A DNA stretch of 64,000 nucleotides from IMG/VR virus record IMGVR_UViG_3300035188_000399, positions 1 to 64,000 of that record, one strand, 5' to 3'. The notes below the pieces were generated by a model. That model saw only the letters and a program-made list of their open reading frames with translations. It did not search any database and had not been told where the DNA came from. Positions 8,901-19,700 of this stretch are shown here, one piece after another. This stretch comes from a virus. The translations under genes and the position numbers were made by a program. How positions within the stretch are numbered: position 1 is the first letter of the stretch; each line of letters begins with the position of its first letter.

Positions 8901-9454
8901 TCAGGTGAATCACTATTATCGTAGTTATTACTATACTGCGGTGAACCGAATGTACCTAAAGAAGGGTCTGATAAATATTTAGAGTCATCAATAATTACAT
9001 CATATACACCATTAATCTCTCCTAAGCAAAGCGCTTGTTGAAAAAATAAAAATTCATTTCGTTTACCTGTTAAATCTTCATCTAGTTGTGTATTTGTTTT
9101 GTTTGTCCAATTTTTAGTAATACCTTCATAGCTTTTAGTGATATTATTATACTTGCCTACTAAAATACTTCCTGTAGTATTAGATTGAACTCCTGACACA
9201 AAAGATTTGTCAGCATTACTTTCTACATAATCAAATGTGCCACTTGTTTCATGGAATACCCGAATACCACCTACTTTTGCTCTGCCGTAAACTAAGGCTA
9301 AATTATCTGGTTTTCCTTCAACGACCATTTCATAGCCTTTACGGGCTTCTACTCCGGACATATCAGGGCCTTTCGGCTTCTTAGCTAGAATCATTTGAAC
9401 TACAGATAAGACAAGTGATATACCTGCCAATACTAGTGATGTAATAGCTGCCAT
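2993..9454 (-). CDS. Tail tip / central fibre protein (lambda J-like) with C-terminal peptidase S74 intramolecular chaperone
   Basis: LVYGRAKVGG, TNNPAYCLLDYL, FN3-like segments, C-terminal SDERLKDNL...GLIAQQV...coiled coil; last gene of the tail block. Confidence 0.85.
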   Translation of the reverse strand: MAAITSLVLAGISLVLSVVQMILAKKPKGPDMSGVEARKGYEMVVEGKPDNLALVYGRAKVGGIRVFHETSGTFDYVESNADKSFVSGVQSNTTGSILVGKYNNITKSYEGITKNWTNKTNTQLDEDLTGKRNEFLFFQQALCLGEINGVYDVIIDDSKYLSDPSLGTFGSPQYSNNYDNSDSPETKKWDNPKYPRSAYRIDVHHSSAQREIEPDVLVDGGYEKADSIFAANFSDRKDAIFKGMTYASCVFRLDKDDPQFSQVPNLQFLVEGRKVREIIKTGDQYALSTPKVYTNNPAYCLLDYLTDSVAGAGIDIDEEIDLTTFYHAAQICNTPVKMDAEAGGHIWKPIDGSRNGDDRNIGKRNVPLYECNILIDTNKAIRDNVEEILATMSDARLIWARGKYSLLLEYVNNATDDLIPPADIELHTLTDDDIVLDQDIEIAYPSASNRYNYCTIKFHNESNDFKDDAVSWPHKINDTTLRGYGGIKYPIADFTWKDEGGARKLLNKYGVWNGTLNNTTLTYYIIRNFVAGDENKSHFYDLEFAADDAAVITIYDGATNNIIVGPITTSFQEGTFVQKVKDINLPPFRTQFDPIASEGGDDVYTIIPNHYYKVIITAGNTKEEKGVSAALKQSVGTEILWTTREIAYQGVQQLDYTNTTYLQMKEEDNGIALELETSYAGITDYYHALAKAEELVKTSRTAYTIKFKYVVREKYFEPGDYFIINSETLGIMSTSANVPIGEKHNYFRINSVKISEDNTCEVNAQRFHWSQLAWMDKENEYLRPINKYATVIAAPTDVHLIKEAYNENSLGVLKWSAAEEVDLINYVIYIYEGSDIDSISPPVFNEIGRTIIGEFVLPLLNISSAIFAVRTQTRTGFSPYAYSSTVEAEMFDNAVYTYPGFSISNVSNVISWTAFSVYKDSIKLGDVAAGSHTALTQEGILYIYYDNGMLFSYDVNAFRNKRLVATYEHGVVIKPIKVQIYPPTSLKVTGSSDTTFNTKDVEISWENLSVQPVKPSKYLVQILSLADDLKKSYTISLTSFKLTKEMNVEIFGTATRSFKIKIYGIDAANNATTGYLSATLSNNEPSSLDLTITKGITSSIVQSEIDSDKDIIKYVFKQYTSASAIVAGEEIESTSNYAVFNTEANTNYWYTVTVYDDYGVGTESDKLLSKSGGINSDSIFLYKRSTATTISVPSTTLSYTFSTKALAGALDGWSTSIPTGTDQLYMTMASVISISDIDDILATEWATPVKYETGFVSFRSAIVPAYQRSVDVLTSNPGIVTYDFTTNSITTEALANGWQKTIPSGNDPLYITTAIANSKETTDSIAASEWSTPVVLSKDGQKGQGKVKGISFCRHTAAPNPPASTDGTFSAPNATGVITVGSPAVAVTGVTWSDGIPPGESQLYMTTRLFTSDAVGQGDWTTPVAISKTGPGSKIRYIFSSSTSATAPALPSTNITADTTDWKLTGASDSRWMSVQVNTLDATNTIVSSYGAWSTAALIKGEKGDTGLSAVLSNQYQGIPCNAAGTPLTGAFNTATTTMRVYKGSTEITSLCTFSVTKTDVTCTEATTSRTQTVTAIAANTGSVKITATETATNLTVDAVFSLAKQLQGPQGDYANGTDAVLYEVSANSPTTVKSLAGTYSPTTIVFSSFRTVGNSGKSAYSAYWRVYIDGVETEVVTDAQATATTTRTVTVSGASTVAVKAYWHPYRTDPYFLDMDTTTIVPAGPKGADSTVQGPNGAGSLVVYKAGTMASYPAKPTGLSYAASTTEYTTGWKIASANVTLGSGEILFQCDGSYVAGGTTITWTEVYPSLLKVGTLDAITVITGNLKSASTGRRLTINDSNEHEFRCLDASGNQVATMGDDGSTSAEEIFRADLRYTQTYGQANSASTAFNAEMPGSLTGRGANYTSTGFQATTTDSDANNNPRLFGAIGRMRANSVGTVDTGYGALFLSSIKDATKMKRAYLAMEESGFDCGAYIDYRIRYPIIGQFMARTDVTLSTSTSAGLFRYLSYRDRPPGSFPGWDAYNEVTLADATYAVNATGSMKTNSSMTAASYVTSSDERLKDNLVPIPNALDKISTLTGYTFTWNDLSKRHETAIKNDVGLIAQQVKEVLPEAVFEDEENYLQLDYTSIIPLLVNAINELKAEVDNLKGKL

Positions 9455-10080
9455 TATTTTCTACCCCACTTTACAATTATATTGGTAGAGCCTTCATAAA
9501 CTTGATCACAGGAAGTATCTTTTGCATCCATTTCTTTAACTTTTTCACGAGTAATGAAGAACGGTTTCTTCATATCTAAGTTGCACATTGGACTTGACCC
9601 GGTAATTGAAATCAAACTTTCACCTAAACCCCCAGCTTTAATTGTTCTATTGGCGCTATCAATGCGGCCTCTGTAAGTTATGATTGTATCATTAATATCA
9701 ACCATAGGTTTAGAATTTAATGGATCGATAAACCCAAGTCTACATTCAATCTTTCTTCCGACAAGACTATTCTCCAAGTCTGCTATTCTTGTAAATTCAG
9801 GATCAGAAAATACAATTTTATATTGTTCTCTATCTACAATAGAAGAATTTTGAGGAGGATCAGCAGCTAGCAGAGTTCCGTCAGCAACAAATAAATATTT
9901 AGGATTGTTTTGATCATTACCGTCTATTAATTGTATGTCATTGTAATGACTAGTTGAAGCATAAATATTAATTGGTTTTGTTTCAGTCTCATGAGAGGCA
10001 CGCTCTATTCGTACCATTGAGAAATATTCTATAGCATCACTATTTAATGCTCTTTGTATGTTTTCAGAGAAAGGGATCAT
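9454..10080 (-). CDS. Minor tail (tip) protein
   Basis: Position between distal tail and tail tip genes; ends VKWGRK. Confidence 0.6.
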   Translation of the reverse strand: MIPFSENIQRALNSDAIEYFSMVRIERASHETETKPINIYASTSHYNDIQLIDGNDQNNPKYLFVADGTLLAADPPQNSSIVDREQYKIVFSDPEFTRIADLENSLVGRKIECRLGFIDPLNSKPMVDINDTIITYRGRIDSANRTIKAGGLGESLISITGSSPMCNLDMKKPFFITREKVKEMDAKDTSCDQVYEGSTNIIVKWGRK

Positions 10081-10712
10081 TATACTGCCTCGATTAATTT
10101 AATGGAACCATTATCCATAAGTATACCATCTTCGTATACCATACCTATAACAGTGTCCGTATCATATTTCATATTAATAATAATATCATCTTTATATCTA
10201 ATACCTTGACCATCAACAACAGCTTTTCTTAACTGAGGATACACATGCAATTTAAAATGCTCTAAGCTTGACGTTATAGTATCCTGTGTTAACATATATA
10301 CTTTTGTATGTGATTCAGTTGCAAATTGTATAAATGTACCTTTAGGTAATAGTTTGCCACCATTTCCTGAAGTTACGGCTTGAACCCATAATGAAGATTC
10401 ACTTGCAGCAGTTGCTTCTGCAGTCATTGTAGCTGTCATTGTTAAGTTTGCTTTTGCCCCAACATTTTGGGGCATCAGTGCTTTAACAACCTCACCATGC
10501 CCTTTCGTTACAAAATTAACAAATAGTTCGTTTGCTGTTGTGTGAAGGGGAGATAGCTTCGTATCTATCTCCCATCTTTGAGCTGTACGTCTATATGTCA
10601 GTCTTTTCAACGAAAGGGTATCTGATGAGAATATCGGATGATTGCTTCTTACTGTCATTGGACTAGTGAATGCAGCAATAACCTTTGTTCCGTCCCAGAT
10701 ACCGTATGCCAT
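10080..10712 (-). CDS. Distal tail protein (Dit-like)
   Basis: Directly after tape measure; AQRWEI, KGTFIQF, VYPQLR motifs. Confidence 0.65.
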   Translation of the reverse strand: MAYGIWDGTKVIAAFTSPMTVRSNHPIFSSDTLSLKRLTYRRTAQRWEIDTKLSPLHTTANELFVNFVTKGHGEVVKALMPQNVGAKANLTMTATMTAEATAASESSLWVQAVTSGNGGKLLPKGTFIQFATESHTKVYMLTQDTITSSLEHFKLHVYPQLRKAVVDGQGIRYKDDIIINMKYDTDTVIGMVYEDGILMDNGSIKLIEAV

Positions 10713-13700
10713 TATCGTTTATATCCTGTTTCTCGATTTTGTGAATTAACACCATCTGCAATAGATGGCATCATTTTATATATCTCAGATTTTGTTTGTC
10801 TAGAGATATCTCCAGTTATATTTAAATTGATTACTTGTTGTGTTTTGCCTTTGCCTGTAGACATACTGACAACTGGCTTAGCACTCCTTGTGGTTGGCGT
10901 CGCCATCACAGAACTCGATGCGTTTACAAGACCACCTGTAGCAAATGTTGGTATTTGGCCATTATTAATTTGATGCAGTAAATTACGGTGCTGTGACGCG
11001 GCTGAAGCACGCACTACAAATTCACCTGTAGATAACATAGCAGGGATTGAATCAGATGTACTAGTTCCTGGGCCAGTTACAGTACCGCCTGTAGCCATGC
11101 TTAAAGATGAAAAGCCTAGACTGTCTGCAGAGAGTGCTCCGCCACCACCGCCAGAACCACCACCAAATATATTACCTATGCCATCAAATCCACCGCCACC
11201 ACCAAATAAATTACCAATAGCAGGGAATATCTTAGCAAGCGGTCCAATCATTTTAAAGATTGGTCCAAGTAGCTTCATTATCATATCCATAATGCCTCCG
11301 CCACCACCGCCTCCGCCACCATCTGCCATAGATGCGGCTTGTTGACCAATACTCATGCCTGAGCTTGCAATAGACATAACACCCGCTAATGCACCTAAGA
11401 AGTGGTGTTCAACTTCACCATTATTAATACCCATTAACATAGGTAAATTCTTTCTAGTAGCTGCAGCATTTACAACAAATTCGCCATTAGACAACATAGC
11501 CGGAATAGAGTCTGAAGTAGCTGTTCCTGCGCCTGTGACTTGACCACCAGTTGCAAATCCAAACGCTCCAAACATTTTAGAAAAGTCAAGATTTTTAAAG
11601 AAATCGAATATGCCGCCACCGCTTCCAGGTTCGCCTATCATTCCAGCTAATGGAGCAGGGCTACCGTTCATAGTGCCTGAGCCTATTAATGGAGTAATAT
11701 CTGTTGGACCACCCCCACTATCAGGTAACGCAAAAGTTTGAGCACTATCCATTCCTGTTTGTCTAGATAAGTTAGTCATACCTTCTGGTATTGTTCCTGG
11801 AGCATAATTGATATTATTACCATTTGCATCTATACCATTAGACACTCCAAGTGAATTAGCAGTCTTAGCATCAAACACGCCTGCCATTTTATCAACCGCA
11901 CCGCCTAATCCTCCTGCACTCACAGCAGTCTCCAATGCTGTTGCAGCTGCCTCTAAGTGTATTGCGGCTTGTAGTAATTTATCACTAGGATTGCCATTTA
12001 ATAAATTTAAGAAATTTCCTAATGCACCAGCAATACCTATAGCTCCGCCAAGTGTGCTATTACCACCTGCACCAGCTAAATTACCTGCGGCTCCAGCGAC
12101 ACCCGCTAAACCACTAATGATACCGCCTGCTGATCTTCTAAGTACTTTTCCGCTATTAATTGCTTCTAACAACGCTATATTTTCTTTAGTGTCTTTAGCA
12201 TTAATAATAAATTCGCCATTAGATAGCATTGTTGGAATAGAATCAGATGTGCCAGTACCTGGTCCGCTTATTTTACCACCAGTTGCAGCAAAGCCAAAAT
12301 CAAGATTCTTAAACCACTCCTCTATGCCAAAGCCGAAACTGTCAGCGCCTGTTGTTGTGCCTTGTAGCGGTCCAACAAAATCAGATCCACCTTGTGAGCC
12401 AGGTTGAATAGGGCCAACAAAATTATCAGCACCAGGAGTTCCTGATTGAAGGTCATCACCAAATATACCACCTGGTTCAAACATATTAGTAAAGAAATTA
12501 CCAGTATCAGCTTTAATATTGGGAAGTGAACTTGGTAAATTACTACCGCCACCACTGCCTCCCGCGCCACCACTTAACCCTGCAAACTTATTAACAGCAT
12601 CAGCAAAGATTTTAGAAGCCGACATCTGAATTTCTTCAGGAGACATATTGGAAATATCTTTCTTAGTAAGATCGTCCCACCAGCCACTAATACCGCCACT
12701 AAACTTGTCCCATGTCATATTACCTGTAAAGATATCTTTTATACCAGATCCAATACCGCTGAACATAGATGAAATGCCTTTACCTGCATTATTAAATGCT
12801 CTAGACAATGGACCATTTTTACCAAGGCCTATTGTATTAGTAAAAGAATTTGTAAACATATCAACAACTTGATCTTTAATACCAGTCATTAATTTGCTGC
12901 CAAAAGTTCCAAGCACTGATTTATCTTCATCTTTTTGTTGATTTAATAAACCTTTAAATGCATCTTTAAACGTAGATGTAAATGAATCTGCAAATGTTTT
13001 ACCTGCTTCTTTAGCCGCATTAGCTGCTTCAGTAACAGAGTCTCCCATTTCCTTCATCTTTTCATCTAAATCAGTAATTTTCTTTGCAGTATCTACTGTA
13101 GATAAACCAGACTTTTTCTCTGAATCAAGTTTATCTTGCAAAGATTCACGGTATATAGACATTGCTCTAAGTGTAGCTTTTTCAGCAGGATTCATACTGG
13201 ATACAATATCTTTTCCTAGTCCACTAAATTTGTCTAATACTGCATCAACATTTTTACCTGCACCTTTTTCAAATGCAACAAAATTAAGCATGCGATTAGA
13301 AGGCTGATTAGCATTTAAACCTTCATTATAAGACGTACGTAGAGTTGTAAGCTGATTCAATGAACTTAAAAATCCTTCTACAGGCTGCCCCTTACTTGCG
13401 GCTGCATTAATCATATCTGTTTTAGTATTAATATCTTCAGTAATACCTAGTAAAAATTGAACTGATTCTTCTCCAAGTTTATTAGCAAGTTCCTTATCTA
13501 CAACACCAAAATCAACTAAAGCTCCTCTAATATTTTCACCAAATTTATTTCTAATTTCATCAAATCTGGCTTTTTCGGATGTATATTTAATTGTTGCTTC
13601 TTGCGCAGCTTGTGCAGATGTAGCTTGAAATTTAGATAAACTAACATTAGAAACTTTTTGCTCACTTGGTTCAGTAGGCTTACGTCCTTCCATTGCTACA

Positions 13701-16700
13701 GCTTTGCCAGCTTTGATGCCAGCTCTGCCCTCATAGATTGCCATGAACTCTTCTTGCTTATCGTAACCTCTTCCTAGTTTAGCACCGGTCTGACCAGCAG
13801 CATATGCTCTGAATGCATCAGGAATATTCTTAAACATTTGAAGGTTAAGATACAAGTATTTAGCTATGCCTCTTAAAGAGTCTGCTTCATTAGTTTTATC
13901 AACACCTAAGAATTTTGCAGTAGCATTATTTATTTGTCCTAATCCAAAAGAAGTATCTATTACGCCTGGCTTGACTTTTGCAGGTATATTGTACCCTTGA
14001 GATTCATGTTGTACAACTGTTTTGACCATTTCTGCGGTTACGCCAGGAAATTCCTTAATCGCATCATTAATCAAATCACTCCATTTTTCTACATTAGCTT
14101 CAAATACAGGTTTTGCTGCAGGAGATTTAATAGTAGAATGAATCTTATCCATTGCACTATCAAGCCATGAAGAAGTTCTTGGGCCTGTAGAAGGTTTAGC
14201 TTCAGGCATATATGGCGATAATACACTTGGTGTTTCTTTAGCAGGCACTTCTAAACTCTTTGTTGCCATAGATCCTGCCAGCTCATCAACTTTAATGCCT
14301 AAATTATCTAGGCTAGTTGTTAATGTCTTAGTGGCGTCAATGCTATTTTCTAAGGGGGTTTGAAGCATTTTGTTTAAATCAGAACCTTTACTTAGAAAAT
14401 CATCTGTAAGCTTTTTAAGAATTTCAGCAGAGTTTGTTTTATCAAATCTGTTTAAAATTTCTTTTTGTGCATCAGAAAGTCCTGACATACCAGCAATACG
14501 ATTTAGCATTGAAAGATTAGAAGCTTCACTTGCTAATCCTTTTCCTTGATCAGACATTGCAGAGAGTCTATATGCACTAATATTTAATTCTGGCAATCCT
14601 GCTTTTATTTTAGCTAATGATGCATCAATACCATCAGTAAATGACTCTTCTACGCTATTTGCAAGATCTTTGAAAAATGTAATAAATGTTCCAGCTCTTT
14701 CAATTTCTTTTAATTTGCCAAATAGATTTTTAGCCTTGTCACTAAATTCATCACCACTCTGGGATAACGCATCTTCTAGTTCAATTTTGAATTTTTGAGC
14801 TGCACCAATTAAACCTCTAACAATGCCATTAGGCAATTTAGCTAAATCTCTGTCTGTTATATCAGTTTTGAATATATCTCTAACATTGCTTGTTTTAGAA
14901 GTAATATCATCAAAAGTAGATTTAAATCTTTCTAAATTCTTTTCAGCAGAATTTAATTCATTTTTCCATTGTACAAATAATTCAGGATCTTTTGTAGATG
15001 AAATCTTTTCTTTCAAAGATTCAATCGCAGCATTCATACCAAATAAAGTCATTAGACTATCTTGATTAACATACTTACGATTCATTAAGTCTGCAGCTGC
15101 TGAAAGCCTTCCACTGGTTAAAGTACCTTTTCTTGCTAAAGAAGATTCAACAGCAACTTTGCGGCCTCTATCTTCTTCTGCAACAATTTGTTGATATATC
15201 TCACGTTGCTTGTCTGCAGAATTAGGTGTTTTAGCTAAAGCTGTTAATTGCTCTTTAAGATTTGCAATATGTAAAGCAGATTGTCTTAATATTTCAGCTT
15301 GCTCTGGAGAAATTAATTGAATTTCCTTATCAGATATCTCACTAATAAATACGCCAAAACTTTCTTTAAGTGGTACTAAATCTACTGATTTTATTGAAGA
15401 CACTAAATTCTCAGCTCTGCTATTTAGTTCAGCTAATTTCTCACCATTATCTTTATAGATTTGTTTTTGAAGATTTATATCAGCTAATTCTATACCAATG
15501 CTGTCAATTTTCTCTTTAGTGTATCCTGCGTATTCTGAGGTTACTCTATTGATAGAATTACTTAAAAGAGCTTCATCTGTCAACAACTTAGCTGTTAATG
15601 GATTGGTTTTTGCTTTCTCCATTAACTTTTGCAACTCAGAATATTTAGTAATTTCTAAATCTAAAGATGTTGTATTTCCCGCCTCTTCAATATCTTTTCT
15701 GATTTGAAGAATATTATTATACTCATCCTGTAGTTTCTTATATTGCGCTGTGCCTTCTAATTGACTCATCAGCCCTGGCTTTTCAGGAATTTCTGGTAAT
15801 GCAACTTTACCTATTGTAGCTTTAAATTTAGTATCTCTTACGGCAGCTAAAGGGCCTTCTAAATCAGTTTTAGGTAAATTTTCAAAAGCTTTAGGTAATT
15901 GAAAACCTAATTCTTCAGAATATCCTTTAATAGATTCTCTTATTGATTTATCAGCACTTGCGTTTTTATCTGCTAATGCTTGACCGTATTGCTTTAAAGA
16001 TTCTGCTGTAATTTTAAGATTTACTCTTACATCTGTATTATCAGTTTCTTGAGCTTGTTGATCTAATCTTTTAATAGATGCAGTTAATGAATTAAACTTA
16101 CCTGCTAATTCATCTGTCATTATAAAAGAATTTGAATCTATTTTAATACCTATCGCTTTAGCATCTGAAATAGTCTTATTAAATTTCTGCTGAGATTTAG
16201 CAGCGTCTTCCATTTGCCAAATATATTTATTACGAGCTATTACTAAATTATTCAACTCTGCTATAAGCGGTTTTATAGCTTCTGAATTTTTATAGATATT
16301 TTCATCTAAATATTTTTGACTTTTAATCTCAGGATTAGCAAAAGGTAAAGCTTCTTTTACACTGCTTATTAAAGCTGGTGTTGCTTTATTTAATGTTGTT
16401 AATGCATTTCTAATAGATTCGTCAAATGGAGCTGTAATGGCCGATGTATTTCTTTCAAAAGATTTATTAATATCATCTAATACCATCGTCAAACTAGTAT
16501 CATTTAACTTTACATCAATTTGATACAGGTCTGCTTCAGGTAATTTATTACTTCCAATTTTAGATGCAATTTCTTGATTAGCAACTTTAGAATTAAACCC
16601 ATAAACAGCTTTCTGCTCATTAGTTAATTCACCAATTTTCAAACTTTCTTTAAGTTTAGGAATTCCTTTTTGTATATCAAACTTAGATTCAGCTACAGCT

Positions 16701-19700
16701 CTTTGCGCCCATATTTCAACAGCTCTATTTCGAGCTTGAAGATCTTCAATGCTTTTATCTATTTCGTCACGACTACCTTCAATACTTGTTTTACGGAAAT
16801 CGTCAATACTGTCAGCAAATTTAGATACTGCACCGTCTAAGCCTTCTCTTACTTTTGGAGTCAATAGCTCACGATTTACTTGAGAAAGATCATAGCTAAT
16901 AGATACACCTGCAGTTGCAAGTAAGCCTTTTTGTTGCTTAGACAACCCTGATGTAATATCCATTGGCTCATATTTGAAACCTAAAATTTCTTTAAGTTTT
17001 ACAATCACATCACTAAGATTTTCTGACCAGCTTTTAGACGTATTGACAAATCCTTCAAATATAGCAAAAGCCAGTGTAATGCCAGCTATTAATAGTCCGA
17101 TAAATCCTTTCTTTAAAGGACTCATTGCAGATTCAATAATTGCTGTAGATAATGATTTTCCTAACTTCCAACCTATAATTGCACCAATTAAGTTGCCTAT
17201 TCCTTCTAATTCTGGACGATGTAACATTACATTGGCGATATACTCTCCTGCAAAACCACCTGCAAGACTTGCTGCTATACGTGTAATACCGCCCATTGCT
17301 GTACCTAGTAGCGATACTGGCAATGTTAAAATTGAAGTAAACTGCGCATTAATAATAGAACGAAAACTTAATAACATTACACCTAAATACGCCAACAGTT
17401 GTGTAGTCTTATTTGATATAGCTTCAATAAATGCATCTACAAAACCATATCCAGCTTGTTCTCCGGCTTTTGAATAATAGTTTATAAATGTCTCATAACC
17501 TATAAATGCAAATGAAATAACAAAGAACGCTTTTGTACTTGCAAATGTTGCAAATAATGTTTTTACAGTATCAACGGTTGCTTTAAGTCTTGCTACGAAA
17601 GGTGCAAAATCCATGGTAAAAAGCGCTTTAATTAAATCAAAGAACGCGAATGCTGTTGCCTCAACTAGAGTATAAGTTAATTTTACAGTTTCCCATATAA
17701 CTTTTCTAAATTTTATCGTTACAAATAAAAGAGCTCTTCCAACAGCAGCTAGTAGATTGTATACAACATCCCATCCGATAGCGGAAAGTAATGAAAATGA
17801 AACACCACTTGCAACAACAGCATCTCCAATTTCTTGAGTGTATTGCTGTAATTTTGCTTGAAGCTGTGTCATACTCGAAGACATGTAATCAGAGAAGTCA
17901 CTAAAAGCGGCTATAGCTATTCCGATAGCGACTGACCACACAATTATAATACCTTCAACACCTACAATTGCCGCTCTAAACAATAATGCATTTTTTATAA
18001 AGTTTAAAATTTGAAGATTTATTGCTTCGACTCCCACTGCGGCAGAAAGTTTGTTTGCAAAATGCACAGCGGCTTTTATCATAAGTAATATAGCTGATAA
18101 CATTCCTACAAGCATAGCTGTATTACCAAAAGTAGATAATGCTTTGGCTAATTCAACAAATGGCGCACCAATATCGTGTCTTAACTGTCTAAATCCTTTC
18201 CATAACCCTGTAACAGATTCAGTAAATGCATCAAAATATGATATATCCCCTTTGACAGCACCACTTAAATTGTCTAATACAATATTTAATGGTATCAATT
18301 CTTTGACAATTGATTGTCCTGCATCTGCCATTGCATCTGCTGTAGGATTAATTGCTTTTTGAGTCTCTAGGTTGTATTTAAATCCGCCTGTACCTGTAAG
18401 TTCTTTATTTAAAAAGGTTTGTTCGGGTACAGAAGGTTTATTGAAATCACCAGCCTGTACTGCTATTACGAATTTTTCAAATTCAGCTTTACGATCGCCC
18501 CAAATTTTTTTCATTGCCTCCATAGTACTGTCAAGGCCTGTTTTAGGTAACTTAGGCCCCATGAGCATAGAATCTAATTCAGATTGATCAAAGGAACTTG
18601 GTGTATTTTTTCTAATTACATTTTCTGTAAAGTTGTCTACACCTTCACTCCATTTATCTTTTAAAGACTGCCAACCGTCTTTAATCTGATCCCAACGACT
18701 TCTAAAATATGTCGCATCAGTCATAGTGGTATCAGCAGATGCTGTAGCAGTATTAGGATCAAATACAGTTGTAGAAAGATTTTTATTTTCCTGCATATTT
18801 GCAACTAATTGCGTATACATATCTTTCTTTGGAAGATCTGCTTGAGCTACATCAACTTTTGTTTCTGGCAGTTTATTCAATTCTTTTAAATTAGCAATCA
18901 GATACCCAAGCGCAGTAGTAACAGCAAGAATTGCGCCTACACGCATAAATTTAGCAAAATCAAAAACTTTAATAAATGCAAATGCAATATCTTTAATAAA
19001 TAATAAAAGAATTCCAAGATTACTCATTAATTCTTCAATAAATATTAATGATTTGCTAAACATCTTTTCTAAGAATGGCGCACCAGGATTTAATGGCGGT
19101 ATTACCAAACTGAAAAGCAGCGTTGCTAATCTTACACTATATGGTGCAATAGCAATAGCTAATTCATTTATCATCGGAAATAGGACACCTTTCGTTATAT
19201 AAGAAAATACTTCTTTTCCGTATATAGCAAAACCGCCTGTAATGATTTGAAATATAGTATGTGTTAAGGGACTATCTTTAAACACTACATCAAACGCTCC
19301 AAGCATATCAAGAGCAAGCGCAGTCATTCCAAGCATCATTGTTTTACGACCAGGGCCGAATAATTCTCTAGAGATAAACGCTAAAGGACTTGCTGCCCAT
19401 GTTGATGCCGAAGACCCTAAATTTCCAGCAAAGAATCTGCCTACACCTGCAGTCAGAGCACTTAATGCAGCAATCTTTTCTGTAAATAAGCCAAGCATGC
19501 CAAACAGTGAAAGCACTTTACTTCCAAAAAGCCATGTACCTATTAGCCCAAAAGCGGTGTTTAAACCCATTCCCTCTAATAGTGTAAATATACCACTTAC
19601 AAACCCACCTATTGGAAATAAACCTTCTAAAAGACCTTGTCCAAATCCGCCTAAGAATCCAAATACTTGTTTCAATATACTAGGTAATTCTGTAATTAAA

